From positions 1-62,955 of the forward strand of contig JBFXLE010000027.1 in the NCBI GenBank assembly GCA_050173015.1: DNA of 62,955 nt, given 5' to 3'. The stretch is from Calditrichaceae bacterium (GTDB taxonomy: Bacteria; Calditrichota; Calditrichia; Calditrichales; JBFXGD01). Below the pieces are notes generated by a model. The model was not told the origin of the DNA. It saw only the letters and a list, made by a program, of their open reading frames with translations, and ran no database searches. Below, piece by piece: positions 21,831 to 33,500 of this stretch. Within the stretch, counting starts at the first letter, position 1; every line of letters begins with the position of its first letter. The translations under genes were made by a program, and so were the position numbers.

Positions 21831-23021
21831 ATGGACCGGATCATTTTACATGTGGATATGGATGCCTTTTTTGCGGCCATAGAACAAAGAAATAATCCCG
21901 AATATTTTGGAAAACCCTTGATCGTAGGGGCGAATCCAAAGGACGGGAAGGGCAGGGGCGTGGTTTCAACATGTTCCTATGAGGCAAGAAAATTCGGGGT
22001 TCATTCCGCCATGCCGATTTCACGGGCGTATAAATTATGCCCCCATGGTATCTATGTTTATCCGAATGGAAAGTTATACAGCCAGGTAAGCAAGGAAATG
22101 TTCTCGGTGTTTTATGAGTTTTCTGATCTGGTTGAACCTCTTTCGATCGACGAGGCTTTCATCGATGTAACTGGCAGTATCAAATTGTTTGGCGATGGTC
22201 CTTCCATCGGGAAAAAACTGAAGCAGCGCGTTTATGAAAAAATAAAACTGACGGCTTCAGTTGGCGTCGCTCCCAACAAATTTTTAGCAAAAATCGCCTC
22301 CGATTTAAAAAAACCGGATGGTCTTGTGATTGTGAAGGAGGAAGAAATTGATAGCTTTCTCGCGCCTCTTGATATATCGCGTTTGTGGGGAGCAGGAGAA
22401 AAAACAGTCCAGATATTCAGAAAAATGGGAATCAACACGGTTGGTGAACTTGCCGGTTTCCCAAAAGACATCCTTATCAAAAAATTTGGAAAAGCGGGAC
22501 AGCATTTTTATAACCTGGCCCATGGAATAGACAATCGGCCCGTTTATAATGGCACCGAAGTAAAATCCGTAAGCAACGAGAATACTTTTAATGAAGATGT
22601 TTCGGATACGGAAATCATTTATAAAACACTGCTGTGGTTATCTGAAAAAGTAGCTTATCGATTAAGGCAAAGCAATCTCAGGGGCAAAACAATCCATTTA
22701 AAATTAAGATATCATAATTTTGAAACCATTTCCAGAGATAAGACCATACCCGGATATGTTTCAAATACAGAGACACTGTATAAAATAATTATAGAATTGT
22801 TTGATAAGAATTATCAGAAAGGCCGTAAAATAAGGCTGGTTGGCGTCGGAGTCTCCGGATTCGACAAACAGATGGGTGAACAGATTTCTTTGTTCGATGC
22901 CGGGCGTTCCCAAAAAAGCAGAAAACTGGACGAACTGGAAGATTTACTGATTGACCGGTTCGGAAAGGAAGTGATCGGCCGCGCTGAATCAATGAGGACC
23001 AAACCACCAAAATCATCCTGA
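21831..23021 (+). CDS. dinB: DNA polymerase IV
   Basis: HVDMDAFFA, SYEARKFGVHSAM, SIDEAF and KIASDLKKPDG motifs. Confidence 0.95.
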   Translation: MDRIILHVDMDAFFAAIEQRNNPEYFGKPLIVGANPKDGKGRGVVSTCSYEARKFGVHSAMPISRAYKLCPHGIYVYPNGKLYSQVSKEMFSVFYEFSDLVEPLSIDEAFIDVTGSIKLFGDGPSIGKKLKQRVYEKIKLTASVGVAPNKFLAKIASDLKKPDGLVIVKEEEIDSFLAPLDISRLWGAGEKTVQIFRKMGINTVGELAGFPKDILIKKFGKAGQHFYNLAHGIDNRPVYNGTEVKSVSNENTFNEDVSDTEIIYKTLLWLSEKVAYRLRQSNLRGKTIHLKLRYHNFETISRDKTIPGYVSNTETLYKIIIELFDKNYQKGRKIRLVGVGVSGFDKQMGEQISLFDAGRSQKSRKLDELEDLLIDRFGKEVIGRAESMRTKPPKSS

Positions 23022-23049
23022 CAAGCCAATGCTATAGTTCGGAGATATC

Positions 23050-26037
23050 ATGCATGCTCGCCCAATATATCTGTTCATTTTCATTCATGTTGTTTTTATC
23101 TATCAATCGGGGATATTTGCTTCCACAAAACATCATGATCAATATTTCCAGCAATATGTAAGTTATACCATAAACGCGAAACTTGATCCCTATCTGCATC
23201 GTGTGGATGCCGGACAGGAGCTGCTCTATACCAATCATTCTCCGGATACCCTAAAGGTTATCTATTTTCATCTCTATATGAATAAATACAAGGCGGGCGC
23301 GTTGACAGAGGACGGAATCCGGAAAAACACCGATGGTTCGTTAGAAATTTTCGGTATTGAAGAGAATGATTCAACCCAAACAAACTATGAAATTGACCGG
23401 ACACTCATGAAGGTCACCCTGCATAATCCCTTACCGCCGGAATATTCAGTTCGGTTCAAACTGAAATTTGCCGCCAAGCTGCCCCCTGCCTCCGGAAGAT
23501 ACGGATATTACGGAGAGCATTATGATGTCGCTAACTGGTTTCCCACACCTGTTGTTTACGACAGGGCGGGGTGGCATTTGCATCAGCATATCGATAATGA
23601 ATTTTATCAGGAGTGGGGTGATTTTAGCGTGAATTTACGTGTTCCAAAGGGATATATTGTCGGAGCGACAGGAAACCTGCTAAATCCGGGCACGGCGTTA
23701 AAGGACACTACCGGGGAAGTAAAAGAATGGTTTAAGCACAATATTGATGACACCACCACAACTCTCTGGCAATTTGAAGCGCGGACGGTGCATGATTTTG
23801 CATGGACTGCCGATCCGGACTACGTCATGTATCAAACTACATTTGACGGAATAACCCTGAATGTGCTGGCGATGAATTATAACGCGAACGGCTGGAAACA
23901 GGTAACCGAGTGGGGACCGGAAGCGATGAGATTTTTCGCTGAAAATTTTGGAGAATATCCTTACGGGCAAATGACTGTAGCTGACACTTATATTACCTCA
24001 GGAGGAATGGAATATCCAAACATCGTTTTTATTAATACATATATACAACCCGAATACGCGTTGTCGCACTTTAGAGCGGTGATTATCCATGAAATTGCCC
24101 ATAACTGGTTTTACGGTCTGCTGGGAAGCAACCAAACCGAATATGAATGGCTCGATGAAGGATTTACAAGCTATGCTGAAATAATGAGTATGGAAGCATT
24201 ATTCGGTGAACGGGACAATTATACCTATAACCGTAACGACTTTTTCAGCCGGTATTTTGGCTTTGAACTGGATATCCGGCAAAGCAGTATGCTTAACTAT
24301 CTGGAATGGGCGAAAGCCGGTGATGAGGTTGATCCGATCAATACCTTTCCCGATAAATTCAGAAACGGGATTTATATCTCCCAGTATGACAAAATGGCAA
24401 ATGTCTTAATGATGCTAAAAAATGTGTTGGGGGATTCTGTATTTAATGAGGGGCTCAAAAACTACTACAACGAGTGGAGATTCAAACATCCCTATCCTGA
24501 AGATCTCATAGCGGTACTGGAGAGAACAGCCAACCGGGATCTGGACTGGTTTTTTAATCAATGGCTAAACAGCACAAGACAGCTTGATTATGGAGTGGGA
24601 TCGATTCATTCACGAAAAACCGCAAGCGGATACCTTACATCTATAAGACTTGAAAATCACGGCGCCATCGCCATGCCCATTGACCTTGATATTCATTTAA
24701 AAAACGGTGAGATAAAAAGATACCAAATTCCGGTGGATAATTCCCACAAACCGGATAATGTAAGAGAAGCGCTGCCTTACTGGCATTTTAGCCAGAAAAG
24801 CTATTTTGTAAATCTGAATTTGCCTGACAAGGTGGATTTCGCGGTGATCGATCCGTTAAAAACGCAACTGGATATAAACAGGCTGAACAACCGCAGCGGC
24901 ATTGTGCCTCCGATGGACTTTGTATTCATGAAACGTCAATCCCTGGCGCCGCCTGTTGACGCCTATCTCTGGGAGGGGTGGCCACTTGTTTTTTACAACG
25001 ATTATGACCATCTGAAATTGGGATTCAAATTTGACGGATCATATCTGAACATAGATCATAAAATACACGCCCGGTTCTGGTACAAAACGGCATACGGGAA
25101 TATGGATTTTGATTTGAAGTATCAGAATCCGGTGAAATTGCTGGGCGTACACTCCAATATGGAACTTGGAATTTTTACGCTGGACGGTCGCGAAGGATTA
25201 CAGTTCGGTCTGAATGAAAGAAAAGAATCAGGGGACAGGGGAGCGGTATCCGGATATGACGCGGGGATCTCAGCCTATAGGATGTACGGTGATCAGTATT
25301 TGATGAGCGCCTGGGATAAGGGAGATATCTATCTGGCTTATCTCAAGATGGACCGGGAGAGAACATCCTCCTCCAATAGAAAAATATCGGATTTGAATGT
25401 ACTCCTTAAAAATTCGCTGGGCGGGAGTGATTATCAGTTCGGGATCGCCGAAGTAAATTATACCCATTCCTTCTATTTTTCCTATGATGAGCATGAAATA
25501 AAATTAAGAGTAAAGGGTGGCCTGGGAGAAGGGGATATCCCTTTACAACATCAATTCGCGCTGAGCGGTTCAAACGGATGGCAGGAATTTCAGGATCCAT
25601 TTTACCGCAGTAAGGGCAGCCTCCCGTATCCGTGGAGAAGAAACGGGCATCTGTACCGCGATAGCGGCGCGCTTGTGAGAGGTTATTCATTATATCCTTC
25701 GGATACGCCGCAACTGGGTGATAATACTCTGATTTCGAGTGTGGATTATTATTTTCCCAATCCGCTCAATATTTTCAGGATACCGGTTTTAAGGGATTTA
25801 CAGCCATCGGTATTTGCTGATATCGGACAGATTTGGAATGATGCGTTACCCGGGTACAGCGATTTCAGAAAAAGCGCGGGCTTCAGCCTTTCATTCGACA
25901 GACTAAATGATTTAAGGATGATCTTTAAAATTAATAAAATTCAGGCTGATTTTCCCATATGGATGAGTCACGTTCCGGATAATGAGGAACATATTGCCGC
26001 GAGATGGCTAATCAATTTTGAATTTAGTCTGGATTAA
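23050..26037 (+). CDS. M1 family metallo-aminopeptidase with long C-terminal extension
   Basis: Signal peptide, GGMEYP and HEIAHNWF...WLDEG zinc motif. Confidence 0.88.
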   Translation: MHARPIYLFIFIHVVFIYQSGIFASTKHHDQYFQQYVSYTINAKLDPYLHRVDAGQELLYTNHSPDTLKVIYFHLYMNKYKAGALTEDGIRKNTDGSLEIFGIEENDSTQTNYEIDRTLMKVTLHNPLPPEYSVRFKLKFAAKLPPASGRYGYYGEHYDVANWFPTPVVYDRAGWHLHQHIDNEFYQEWGDFSVNLRVPKGYIVGATGNLLNPGTALKDTTGEVKEWFKHNIDDTTTTLWQFEARTVHDFAWTADPDYVMYQTTFDGITLNVLAMNYNANGWKQVTEWGPEAMRFFAENFGEYPYGQMTVADTYITSGGMEYPNIVFINTYIQPEYALSHFRAVIIHEIAHNWFYGLLGSNQTEYEWLDEGFTSYAEIMSMEALFGERDNYTYNRNDFFSRYFGFELDIRQSSMLNYLEWAKAGDEVDPINTFPDKFRNGIYISQYDKMANVLMMLKNVLGDSVFNEGLKNYYNEWRFKHPYPEDLIAVLERTANRDLDWFFNQWLNSTRQLDYGVGSIHSRKTASGYLTSIRLENHGAIAMPIDLDIHLKNGEIKRYQIPVDNSHKPDNVREALPYWHFSQKSYFVNLNLPDKVDFAVIDPLKTQLDINRLNNRSGIVPPMDFVFMKRQSLAPPVDAYLWEGWPLVFYNDYDHLKLGFKFDGSYLNIDHKIHARFWYKTAYGNMDFDLKYQNPVKLLGVHSNMELGIFTLDGREGLQFGLNERKESGDRGAVSGYDAGISAYRMYGDQYLMSAWDKGDIYLAYLKMDRERTSSSNRKISDLNVLLKNSLGGSDYQFGIAEVNYTHSFYFSYDEHEIKLRVKGGLGEGDIPLQHQFALSGSNGWQEFQDPFYRSKGSLPYPWRRNGHLYRDSGALVRGYSLYPSDTPQLGDNTLISSVDYYFPNPLNIFRIPVLRDLQPSVFADIGQIWNDALPGYSDFRKSAGFSLSFDRLNDLRMIFKINKIQADFPIWMSHVPDNEEHIAARWLINFEFSLD

Positions 26038-26082
26038 TGCTACCGGATTGACGAAATACAGCCGGTGATTCTTTTAAAAATC

Positions 26083-27033
26083 TTACGGATTTAGACGTTT
26101 TAGCAGCATGTTGATGGGTTTTGAATTCTGCATGATATAAAAATGAACGGCCGGGACTTTTTTGTTTATTAATTCTTCAACTTGTCTGGCGGTCCATTCG
26201 ACGCCTATTTCAAGTACGTGTTCGTTTTTTGCTTCCATGATCTGATCGGTTAATTCTGAAGGCAGATTGATATAAAAATTTCTGGGAAGCGATGTGAGAT
26301 TGTTTTTTGACGTGACTATTTTAAGGCCAGGTATTATGGGAACGGTGATTCCGGCAGTCCGGCACCTGTCGACAAATTTAAAATAGGCATTATTATCGAA
26401 AAACATCTGTGTTACTATGTATTCCGCGCCGGCATCAATTTTTTCTTTTAAAAAACGGATATCCGTGTCCAGATTCGGTGACTCAAAGTGCTTCTCCGGG
26501 TATCCTCCGACCCCGATGCAGAAGTTTGAAGCGCGGGCGTCAAGAAGATTTTCTTCCAGGTATCTGCCGGCATTCATGTCATTTACCTGACTGACAAGAT
26601 CCACGGCATAATTATTGGATGTCCGGCCGTTTAAGAGCGGTTTTTTGTAAGTGGTCTCATCCCCGCGAATAGCGAGAATGTTTTCAATCTCCAGATATTG
26701 AAGATCTATCAAAAAATCTTCTGTTTCTTCCCTGGTAAATCCGTTGCATAATATATGCGGGACGGCGTCAATATTATATTTTTTTTGAATCAGAGCGCAA
26801 ATTCCCAGGGTGCCCGGGCGTTTTCTTTTTACCTTTCTTTTGATGCTTTCAGGAGTTTCCTCATAAATAACCTCCGCCGCGTGACTTGTTATATCAATAA
26901 AGGGAGGCTGATGTTTCGCAAGGTCATCCACCAAAGAAAGCAGACTTTTAATGTCGCCACCGCGTTTCGGAGGAATAATTTCAAAACTGATCAGTGTGTT
27001 TTTTGCTTTATCCAGATGTTCAGTGACTTTCAT
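26083..27033 (-). CDS. metF: Methylenetetrahydrofolate reductase
   Basis: ISFEIIPPK, LAIRGD, GGYPEKH, TQMFFD and HFY motifs. Confidence 0.92.
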   Translation of the reverse strand: MKVTEHLDKAKNTLISFEIIPPKRGGDIKSLLSLVDDLAKHQPPFIDITSHAAEVIYEETPESIKRKVKRKRPGTLGICALIQKKYNIDAVPHILCNGFTREETEDFLIDLQYLEIENILAIRGDETTYKKPLLNGRTSNNYAVDLVSQVNDMNAGRYLEENLLDARASNFCIGVGGYPEKHFESPNLDTDIRFLKEKIDAGAEYIVTQMFFDNNAYFKFVDRCRTAGITVPIIPGLKIVTSKNNLTSLPRNFYINLPSELTDQIMEAKNEHVLEIGVEWTARQVEELINKKVPAVHFYIMQNSKPINMLLKRLNP

Positions 27034-27129
27034 AACCCAATTCTCTGTAAATAAATTATAAGGGCGAATATAATAAAAACAGTCTGTTTTTTCTAATTAT
27101 TTTCAATGGAACCAACATTTTAAGTATGA

Positions 27130-27765
27130 TCAGGCGGATTTATTTCGGGAAAATTTATTCTCCGTACCGTTTATTAACCGGCGAATATTTGACCGGTGTG
27201 TGAAGATGATCAACGCGGCGGCAAAATAACTGAAATAATACAGCGAATCCGGTACATCGTTGAGCAAACCGAAACGGAAAACCGACAAAACAACCGGCAG
27301 TGTCACCGCGCCGGCAATGGAACTGACGGAAACAGTCCGTGTCAGGAGAAAGGTTAAAATAAATACAATAAAGCAGACCAGAAGACTGAGAGGATATAGG
27401 GCAAGAAGCATTCCCGCGGCGGTACCAACGCCTTTACCGCCCCGGAATCCGGCAAATACCGTCCAGATATGACCCGCGATCGCCGCGAATCCGGCCGCGA
27501 GCCTCATTGTTTCGTCCGGGAAACCTCCAAATCCAAATGCGATGCCGGAAATCCAGAATGTGGCCGCGAAGCCTTTAAATACGTCAAATAAAGACACAAA
27601 TACACCGGCCTTCCAACCCAGAACGCGGAATACATTGGTACCTCCGGCGTTTCCGCTTCCGTGGTCGCGAATATCAATACCGCGGAGTACTTTTCCGGTG
27701 ATGATGCTGGAGGGGATCGATCCCGCGAGATAAGACAATAAAAGCATCAAAAGAAATGAGTCCAT
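27130..27765 (-). CDS. plsY: Glycerol-3-phosphate acyltransferase PlsY
   Basis: GSIP, GSGNAGGTN, FRGGKGVGT and HRSNIRRL motifs. Confidence 0.95.
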   Translation of the reverse strand: MDSFLLMLLLSYLAGSIPSSIITGKVLRGIDIRDHGSGNAGGTNVFRVLGWKAGVFVSLFDVFKGFAATFWISGIAFGFGGFPDETMRLAAGFAAIAGHIWTVFAGFRGGKGVGTAAGMLLALYPLSLLVCFIVFILTFLLTRTVSVSSIAGAVTLPVVLSVFRFGLLNDVPDSLYYFSYFAAALIIFTHRSNIRRLINGTENKFSRNKSA

Positions 27766-27791
27766 GGGATCCTTTCAATTTTTCAGGAATT

Positions 27792-29600
27792 CTATGCGCG
27801 GTCGCCGAGAACCGCTATGGCAGCGCTGCCGGGTCCGGCGTGAACTCCCAGGGCAGGCGACGCGTCCATAATGGGAATTTCCGCATTGTTGAAAATTTTA
27901 TGAAGTTCGTCCCGGTACCACTCCGCTTTATCCGGGGCTAAAACATGAACAACGCTAAAGCGGGGATTTTTTACGGACCGGGCATATTCGATCGCCAGTT
28001 TTAGTGTTTTTCTGAAAACCCGTTTTTGGCCCAGGACCTTCGCGAGCTCGATGATACCCCCGTCCGGACCGATCGAAATAACCGGTTTAAGATTTAAAAT
28101 AGTGCCCAGAATACCCTTTGTTCGATTCAACCGTCCGCTGCGCATCACATATTTTAAAGTTGGTATGCTGACAAAAAGTCGCGTATTTTTTACGGAAGTT
28201 TCGATTCGGCTGACAATTTCATCAATACTGAGATTTTGTTCAATCAATTTGGCGGCTTCAGAGACGAGTAATCCCAGACTGGCTGAGGTCGTTTTGCTGT
28301 CAATAATATGAATCCGGTCGCTGAACTCGTTACCACGGGATCCTATCCTCGCGCCCTGAAGGGTGCCGCTAAGTTTTTCAGCCAGATGGATGGAAATGAC
28401 AGAATCGTATTCCGGAGCGATCAGATCATATATCTTTTTAAATGCCGCCGCGGAAGGTTGCGAGGTGGAGAGCTTTTGATTGGTGGTCTCCAGTATCCGG
28501 TAAAAATCCTGTGTAGTAATTTCAACCCGGTCACGATAACTTTCGTTACCCACCAGCAGCATCACAGGCACAACATGAATCCCATATTTTTCGATTATTT
28601 CCTTCGGAAGATCACAGGTGGAATCAGTGACAAGGGCGATACCTCCCTTTTTTTCTTTCCTGAGGGCATCCTCATGCTGACGGCGCATGTCATCAATTTT
28701 GGTTTTGATTAGTGTCCCATGAGTTCCGGCAATTTTGAAAATATTTTCAGGTTCATTGGTATGAATATGAATGCGTAACTTATGCGCTGATCCAACAACG
28801 ATAAGCGAATCACCCATGGACGCAAGTTCCTTCCGGACCAGTTCTGTGTCCAAATTGCTGCCTTCAAGCAGACATTCCGTGCAAAACCGGAATTTAAATT
28901 CTGTATCCGCTTTATCCAGATGAAAATTTTTTATCCTATCAACCACGTGTGTTCCGGCTTTTAAGGCCGCGATTTTCCCGGCATCGAGGTAATCGACGAT
29001 TCCCTCAAGCAGATGGACAAACCCCTCCGCTCCGGCGTCAACCACCCCGGCTTTTTTCAGAATCTTTAACTTGTTCGGAGTATCCGCGAGAGATTCTTTG
29101 GCTTTGGACAATGAAACTTTTAATAAATCAGCGAAATCCTGCGTGTGCGGCGCGTGTTCGGAAAGATGGTTGGCCCAATCTTTCATAACAGTTATAATCG
29201 TGCCTTCCCTGGGATTGGAAATGGCGCTTCGGGCGCGATTAACGGCATTTTCAGCCGCATCGGCAAACGTTTTCGTGGTCAGACGCACTTTGCCCCGGGT
29301 TGCTTCCGCCAACCCCTGAAAAAATTGCGCGAGTATGGCCCCTGAATTACCGCGCGAACCCGTTAACGCGGAATCGGCAATGGCATTGCTGACGCTTTCT
29401 ACCGTGGATGCATCGCATGCGGCCGCGCCCTCGGCAATGCTGTTCATGGTTGTGGCCATATTGGTGCCGGTATCTCCGTCCGGAACAGGGAACACATTGA
29501 TGTTATTCAGATGATCCTGCATTTCGGTCACGCGTTTAGCAGACGCGATAATTGATCGTTTTAATCTGATTCCGTTGATATAAGTTATTTTTCGTTTCAT
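27792..29600 (-). CDS. DAK2 (FakA-like)-DegV (FakB-like) fusion, fatty acid kinase
   Basis: N-terminal INVFPVPDGDTGTNM, SRGNSG and VVDAG (DAK2); C-terminal VTDSTCDL, STSQPS, LSGT, SGR and GVHAGPG (DegV). Start set at ATG 29600. Confidence 0.9.
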   Translation of the reverse strand: MKRKITYINGIRLKRSIIASAKRVTEMQDHLNNINVFPVPDGDTGTNMATTMNSIAEGAAACDASTVESVSNAIADSALTGSRGNSGAILAQFFQGLAEATRGKVRLTTKTFADAAENAVNRARSAISNPREGTIITVMKDWANHLSEHAPHTQDFADLLKVSLSKAKESLADTPNKLKILKKAGVVDAGAEGFVHLLEGIVDYLDAGKIAALKAGTHVVDRIKNFHLDKADTEFKFRFCTECLLEGSNLDTELVRKELASMGDSLIVVGSAHKLRIHIHTNEPENIFKIAGTHGTLIKTKIDDMRRQHEDALRKEKKGGIALVTDSTCDLPKEIIEKYGIHVVPVMLLVGNESYRDRVEITTQDFYRILETTNQKLSTSQPSAAAFKKIYDLIAPEYDSVISIHLAEKLSGTLQGARIGSRGNEFSDRIHIIDSKTTSASLGLLVSEAAKLIEQNLSIDEIVSRIETSVKNTRLFVSIPTLKYVMRSGRLNRTKGILGTILNLKPVISIGPDGGIIELAKVLGQKRVFRKTLKLAIEYARSVKNPRFSVVHVLAPDKAEWYRDELHKIFNNAEIPIMDASPALGVHAGPGSAAIAVLGDRA

Positions 29601-29859
29601 TGAGAAATACTTACCTCCTTGCCGGTCATAATAAATTAAATTATTGGAATATGCCGAAATATGCAAAAAAAACGATATATTCGTTAAATGTTCTCAGGGA
29701 ATGTCCGAAATGTAGTCTGAGATAGTTGATTATTTATAATTGTTGAGGTAACTTAAAACTGAATTTCAGTCGCGCTGGCGCTTAAACATACCGAATGAAC
29801 AAATTTCATTATGAATATAGTCAAACTCGTCAACATTAGAAACGCGGAAGAAAAATAGT

Positions 29860-30246
29860 ATGGATGATCGGAAAGTGAAACTCCTGGTAGTTGATGATTC
29901 GCTGATTATACGTAAAGTAATACTTAATACCCTGGCTGCTTATGATATAGATGTGGTGGGCACCGCGACAAACGGTGAAAGAGCATTGGAATTATTTAAA
30001 GAATTTCAACCGGATGTGGTGACCCTTGATATCACAATGCCCGGTATGGATGGCCTACGTGTGTTAGGTAAGATGAGAAAAATGAACGGGACATCCAAAA
30101 TCATCGTAGTAACCGCGTTAAAAGATAAGGCCACCGGGTTAAAAGCCATAAAGATTGGGGCAAGAAGTTATCTGACAAAGCCATTCTCTCCAGAAAAATT
30201 GCGGGAAACCTTTGAGAAGGCTGTTAATGATATTTCTGAGAAATGA
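29860..30246 (+). CDS. CheY-like single-domain response regulator
   Basis: VVDDS, LDITMPGMDG, VTA and KPF motifs. Confidence 0.9.
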   Translation: MDDRKVKLLVVDDSLIIRKVILNTLAAYDIDVVGTATNGERALELFKEFQPDVVTLDITMPGMDGLRVLGKMRKMNGTSKIIVVTALKDKATGLKAIKIGARSYLTKPFSPEKLRETFEKAVNDISEK

Positions 30247-30544
30247 ATATTCCCGCCGGGTAAAGTTTTAAATGTATAAATTCTTCACCTTTTTCCCCTC
30301 GGCAATAAAAACGTTAAAAAAATCACAAAACACATTCAAAACGGCGTTATCAAAATAAATTTTTAAAAATTCTTAATTCTCCCAAAAAAATATCAAGAAT
30401 AAACAATTATGGACGAATACAAGTTTTGGTATTCCAAATCAAAGTACAAGTCGCGGGATAGACGCAGAAGAGTTCGGAAAGATAATGACAAAAATAACAG
30501 GGAATATCTTAACAGCATAATTAAGCTATAGGGGACCATCTTCG

Positions 30545-33500
30545 ATGAAATGGATTTCAAGATTTTCAGATGATCAAAAATATGAAAATGCTGAGGGACA
30601 TCAACAGTTTCTTCAAGCTATAATTAAGAAACTTTCCATCTTCATCTTTTTTACACTCATCGTTCTGACATCAAATCTTGACGCGCAGAAACTGAACTAT
30701 AAATTCGAAAAAATCACTATTCAGGACGGGCTGTCTCAAAGTTCTGTTTATACCGTTGTACAGGATAAAAAAGGATTTCTGTGGTTCGGGACGCAGGATG
30801 GACTTAATAAATTTGACGGCGCGGGTTTCACGGTTTACAGACATATTGACGGTGATGACCACTCACTTTCTGACAACTGGATCAATGATATCGCGGTGGA
30901 TAAAGATGGGAATTTGTGGATAGGGACTTCCGGCGGTGGCCTGAACAAATATGATCAGATCACGGAAAATTTTTCACACTACGGCAATAATCCGGAGAAT
31001 CCCAAAAGCCTTGGCAATAATATTATTCTTGATGTGTTTGTTGATTCGGAAAATACCCTGTGGGTAGGTACCGACGGCGGCGGATTGAACAAGTTTGACA
31101 GAAATACCGGTGATTTTATTTCTTACCTCAACGATACGGAAGACAATAACAGTCTTAGTAATAATAAAGTTCAGTCTATTTATGAAGACAGGGCGGGAAA
31201 TATCTGGGTGGGTACCCTTGGAGGCGGTTTAAATAAACTGGATAAGAAATCAGGTAAATTTACCAGATATAAAAATAATCCGACGAATTCAAAAAGTCTG
31301 AGTGACAACCGCGTTACCTTTATTTATGAGGATAACCACGGCGATTTTTGGGTCGGTACCGAAGCCGGTTTGAATAGATTTGATTATCAGTTCGACAATT
31401 TTAAACGCTATACTTTTGATGTGCATAATCCGGACGGTCTGAGCAATCATGTTATCCGGGCGATTTTGGAAGACGCCTCTGGGGCATTATGGATTGGGAC
31501 AGACGGCGGTTTAAATATTTATATCCGGGGAGAAGACCGGTTTGTGTCTTTTACGAACGATCCCAAAGATCCGACCAGCATCAGCAGCGATCTTATTCGC
31601 TGTCTCTATGAAGATCAGGCCGGAATTATCTGGATAGGAAATTACGCCGGAGCCATCAATAAATATGACCGGAAAAGAAACGCTTTCAACAATATTCAGC
31701 AGAATCCACTGGATGTCAACAGCCTGAGTAATAACAATGTCTGGTCTTTCTATGAAGAGATCAACGGTAAACTCTGGATCGGTACAGACATCGGGCTAAA
31801 TGAATACGATCCCAAAACGGGGAAATATAAGCATCACAAACACGATCCCAAGAATAAACGGTCGCTCAGCAACAATGTGGTGCGGGTCGTGAAAGGCGAC
31901 CGCTTCGGAAATATCTGGATCGGTACCGACGGCGGCGGTTTGAACCTGTACAAACCGGGTGAAAAATCATTTAAAATATACAGGCATGATCCCGACAATC
32001 CGGGCAGCCTGAGTGATGACAGAATCCGTTCGGTATATATTGACCGTAAAGGTACGCTGTGGGTGGGCACTCTGAACGGCCTGAATGAATACGACGCGAA
32101 ACATGATCGGTTCAACCGCTATCAGCATGTGGCATCAGATACAAACAGTATCAGCGACAGCAGGGTTCAGTCCATTTACGAAGATAAATCCGGTAATTTC
32201 TGGATTGGTACCTACGGGGGATTTAATTACTTTGACCGAAAAAAGGACAAATTTAAGTCATTTTTACATAATCCGGATGATCCTAATAGCATCAGCCACG
32301 ATCTCATATTATGTATTTATGAAGACCGGCAGGGTGAAACTCTCTGGATAAGCACCTTTGGCGGATTGAACAAATTCGACAGGGAAAAACTCACTTTTAA
32401 ACGATATTCAATGGATGACGGTCTCCCGAATGATGTCATCTACGGTGTCCTGGAAGATAAATCCGGAAGCCTTTGGCTGAGCACAAATATCGGTCTCGCA
32501 AAGTTTGATCCGAAGAGTGAAACATCCAAGAATTTTGATGTGAAGGACGGCCTGCAAAGCAATGAATTCAACGGCGGAGCTTATCTTTATACCTACGAAA
32601 ACGAGATGTTCTTTGGCGGGATCAACGGCTATACGGCATTCACGCCTGAAGATCTCAAAGACAATGAGCACAAACCGCCGGTGATAATTACTTCTTTCAA
32701 CAAATATGACAAGGTAGTCAAACTGGAAAAGTCAATTTCCGAAACCGATGAATTGGTCTTATCCTATAAGGACGACTTTTTCTCGTTTGAATTCGCCGCT
32801 CTTGATTATTCTAATCCCGAAAAAAACCAATATGCTTACAAGCTCGAAGGATTTGATGAAGACTGGATCTACTGCGGAAACAGACGATATGCCAGTTATA
32901 CCAACCTGGACGGAGGCGAATATGTTTTCCGGGTAAAGGGATCAAATAATGACGGAGTCTGGAATGAAGAGGGAACATCCCTGAATATCATGATTGTTCC
33001 TCCACCATGGGAGACAATTTGGTTCAAAATAATCGCCTCTCTATTGATTGTAGGATTCATTTTTAGCGCTTTTATTTATAGTATCAACAGGGTAGAAAAA
33101 CAAAAAATAAAATTGCAGAAACAAGTTGATGAACGAACTATCGAATTAAGAGAACGAAACAAAGATCTGGTCAAATCCAAGCGCGAAACAGACAACATTC
33201 TGGATAATGTGGAAGAGGGTCTTTTTCTGCTGAATTCGAAACTGGAAATTGAATCTCAGTATTCACGTTCATTGGAAAGTATTCTAAACTCAGAGAAACT
33301 GGCGGACAACAAATTTATTGATATGCTCGGCGGTACTATTCCGGCGAAGCTTAAAACCAGCGTCCAGGAATATCTGGAACTTATGTTTGACGACAGCATT
33401 GACGAAGAAACCATCAATGATCTGAATCCGCTGACAGAGATTGAAATGAATTTTGAGGACGAAGACGGAGTCTGGTATGAGTCAAAACATCTCTCCTTCA

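Noticed and set aside
27034-27129. SAM riboswitch upstream of metF
   Set aside because: The gap is under 100 bp, AT-rich and has no recognisable aptamer.
30409-30531. 40-codon Arg/Lys-rich ORF ending 13 nt before the sensor kinase
   Set aside because: No RBS or recognisable motif; cannot be distinguished from chance.
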